From contig NC_087436.1 of NCBI RefSeq assembly GCF_036321535.1, positions 33,420,001-33,484,000 on the forward strand: DNA of 64,000 nt, written 5' to 3'. Below the pieces are notes generated by a model. That model was not told the origin of the DNA and did no database searches. It worked only from the letters and a program-made list of their open reading frames with translations. The translations under genes and the position numbers were made by a program. Below are positions 62,781 to 64,000 of the stretch, piece by piece. The stretch's first letter is position 1. Every line of letters starts with the position of its first letter. This DNA comes from Camelus dromedarius (lineage: Eukaryota).

Positions 62781-63577
62781 TGGAGTGTCCACTAGAGTAA
62801 AATCCACGCAGCATAGATGTAAAACTGGCAGGTACAACGTATACTAAAGCAGTTGTTTGAATTTTAGTACCACTGAAATGTGAATGTTTTGACAAGTTTT
62901 AGATATGTGTTTATAGAAGATCAGTGAGTCACATTTTGCCTGGAGATTCCCAAATCTTTTCACCTGACATCTTTGGAGAGGAGACCTAAATTTTTGGTTA
63001 ATGTCCTTAGGACCAGATTTCACATCCCCAAATTCATTTTCCTTCTGAAAAAAGCCAGAGGAGTTTCCAACATCTTTCCAGAGCAGCAGTAGATATACCC
63101 TGATTTAGGCCATTACTGATCCAGTTACTGGGGCTTGCTGGCAGATAGCTGTTTCTCTCCTGACAATAACTGGTAAGGGTTAATTCCAAGATATTTGGGG
63201 ACCCACAGGCTGTTGTAATTTAATTTATTTGCATTTTCTTTTTTCTCCACTATCGTCAGGATTCAAATAGAACATAAACTCCCTTCTTTGGCTGGGGTTC
63301 AGCCATGGTCTTCCCCACTCAATCCTATAAAGTTGTGAGTGAGTCTTAAAGCTAGCATGTGTTTTTTTTTTCAGAATCTTTGACTCTGACTGTGAAGTAC
63401 CAACCCATATTGTAAGAAGATAATTTGCTGTAGTTCCAACCTTAGAATTAGACTGATAAACTTATTAAAACTGACAACCTAGCAAAGGATAAAACACAAC
63501 AAAAACAAGTAAATATATCTACATATATTTATCTCATAAATGCTCCTATAACTGAGAGATAAGATAATAAACATGAA

Positions 63578-63665
63578 AAGTATATATGTAACTGAACCAC
63601 TTTGCTGTAAATCTGAAACTAACATTGTAAATCAGCTACACTTAAATAAAAAATAAAATTAAAAA
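63578..63665 (+). mobile_element. Very short young L1 3' end with 12-bp TSD
   Basis: ATGTAACTGAACCACTTTGCTGTAAATCTGAAACTAACATTGTAAATCAGCTACACTT followed by an A tail. TSD AATAAACATGAA at 63566-63577 and 63666-63677. Confidence 0.88.
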
Positions 63666-63679
63666 AATAAACATGAACT

Positions 63680-64000
63680 TACCTGATGTCATAAAAATGA
63701 CACCATTATTATCCCAAATTAATATCCCTCTTAAAAATTGAATCAAAAATCCTTAATCAAATTTTAGAATTTCTATTATAATCAATTTGTGTTTATCTCA
63801 GGAATGCACAGCTGATTTTCCATTCAAAAATAGATCAGCGTAAATATCTAAATGAGGGAAAAAATGCTCTCAGTAGATGTGGACAAAAGCATTCAACACA
63901 CATACTCTCGATAAGCACTCTCAGCACATTAGATATAGAGGTAATGTTCTCAATGTGTAAGTTACATCCATGAAAAACCAATAGCAACATTATCATAAGG
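63680..64000 (+). mobile_element. Old L1M ORF2 (RT region) fragment
   Basis: AAAAATCCTTAATCAAATTTTAG, TTTATCTCAGGAATGCA, CTCAGTAGATGTGGACAAAAGCATTCAACA, AAAACCAATAGCAACATTAT. Confidence 0.7.

Noticed and set aside
1..64000. ORFs in the supplied six-frame track as genes
   Set aside because: All are 60-138 aa, many start at TTG/GTG, none shows a recognisable domain, and many are antisense L1/LTR translations (e.g. 17233, 27300, 60638). This is expected by chance in eukaryotic non-coding DNA.

Overview
This is AT-rich, CpG-depleted, repeat-dense mammalian genomic DNA, either intergenic or deep intronic. A tRNA-derived SINE at 20959-21115 matches the camelid Vic-1 family as I recall it, and I saw no Alu, B1, Bov-tA, PRE1 or Can-SINE, so the source is probably a camel, alpaca or llama. 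No intact protein-coding gene, RNA gene, CRISPR array or prokaryote-type system is supportable, and the ORF track looks like chance ORFs or antisense repeat translations. The window is a layered fossil record of L1, L2, MIR, ERVL (pol/integrase/dUTPase remnant plus LTR), a class I ERV (5' LTR plus decayed gag matrix), MaLR/ERVL solo LTRs and Tigger/hAT DNA transposons. Repeat family names come from my recollection of consensus sequences, not from a database search. The best sequence-visible oddities are: a 70-bp templated insertion with microhomology at both junctions (59563-59638, copied from 60030-60099); a perfect 26-bp inverted repeat at an LTR terminus (5689-5767); a twin-primed 5'-inverted L1 with TSD; internally primed L1 insertions; a 26-bp inverted segment in an L1; and a candidate 21-nt frame-preserving microexon on the minus strand (34994-35014). 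I found no convincing evidence for a wholly new biological system.
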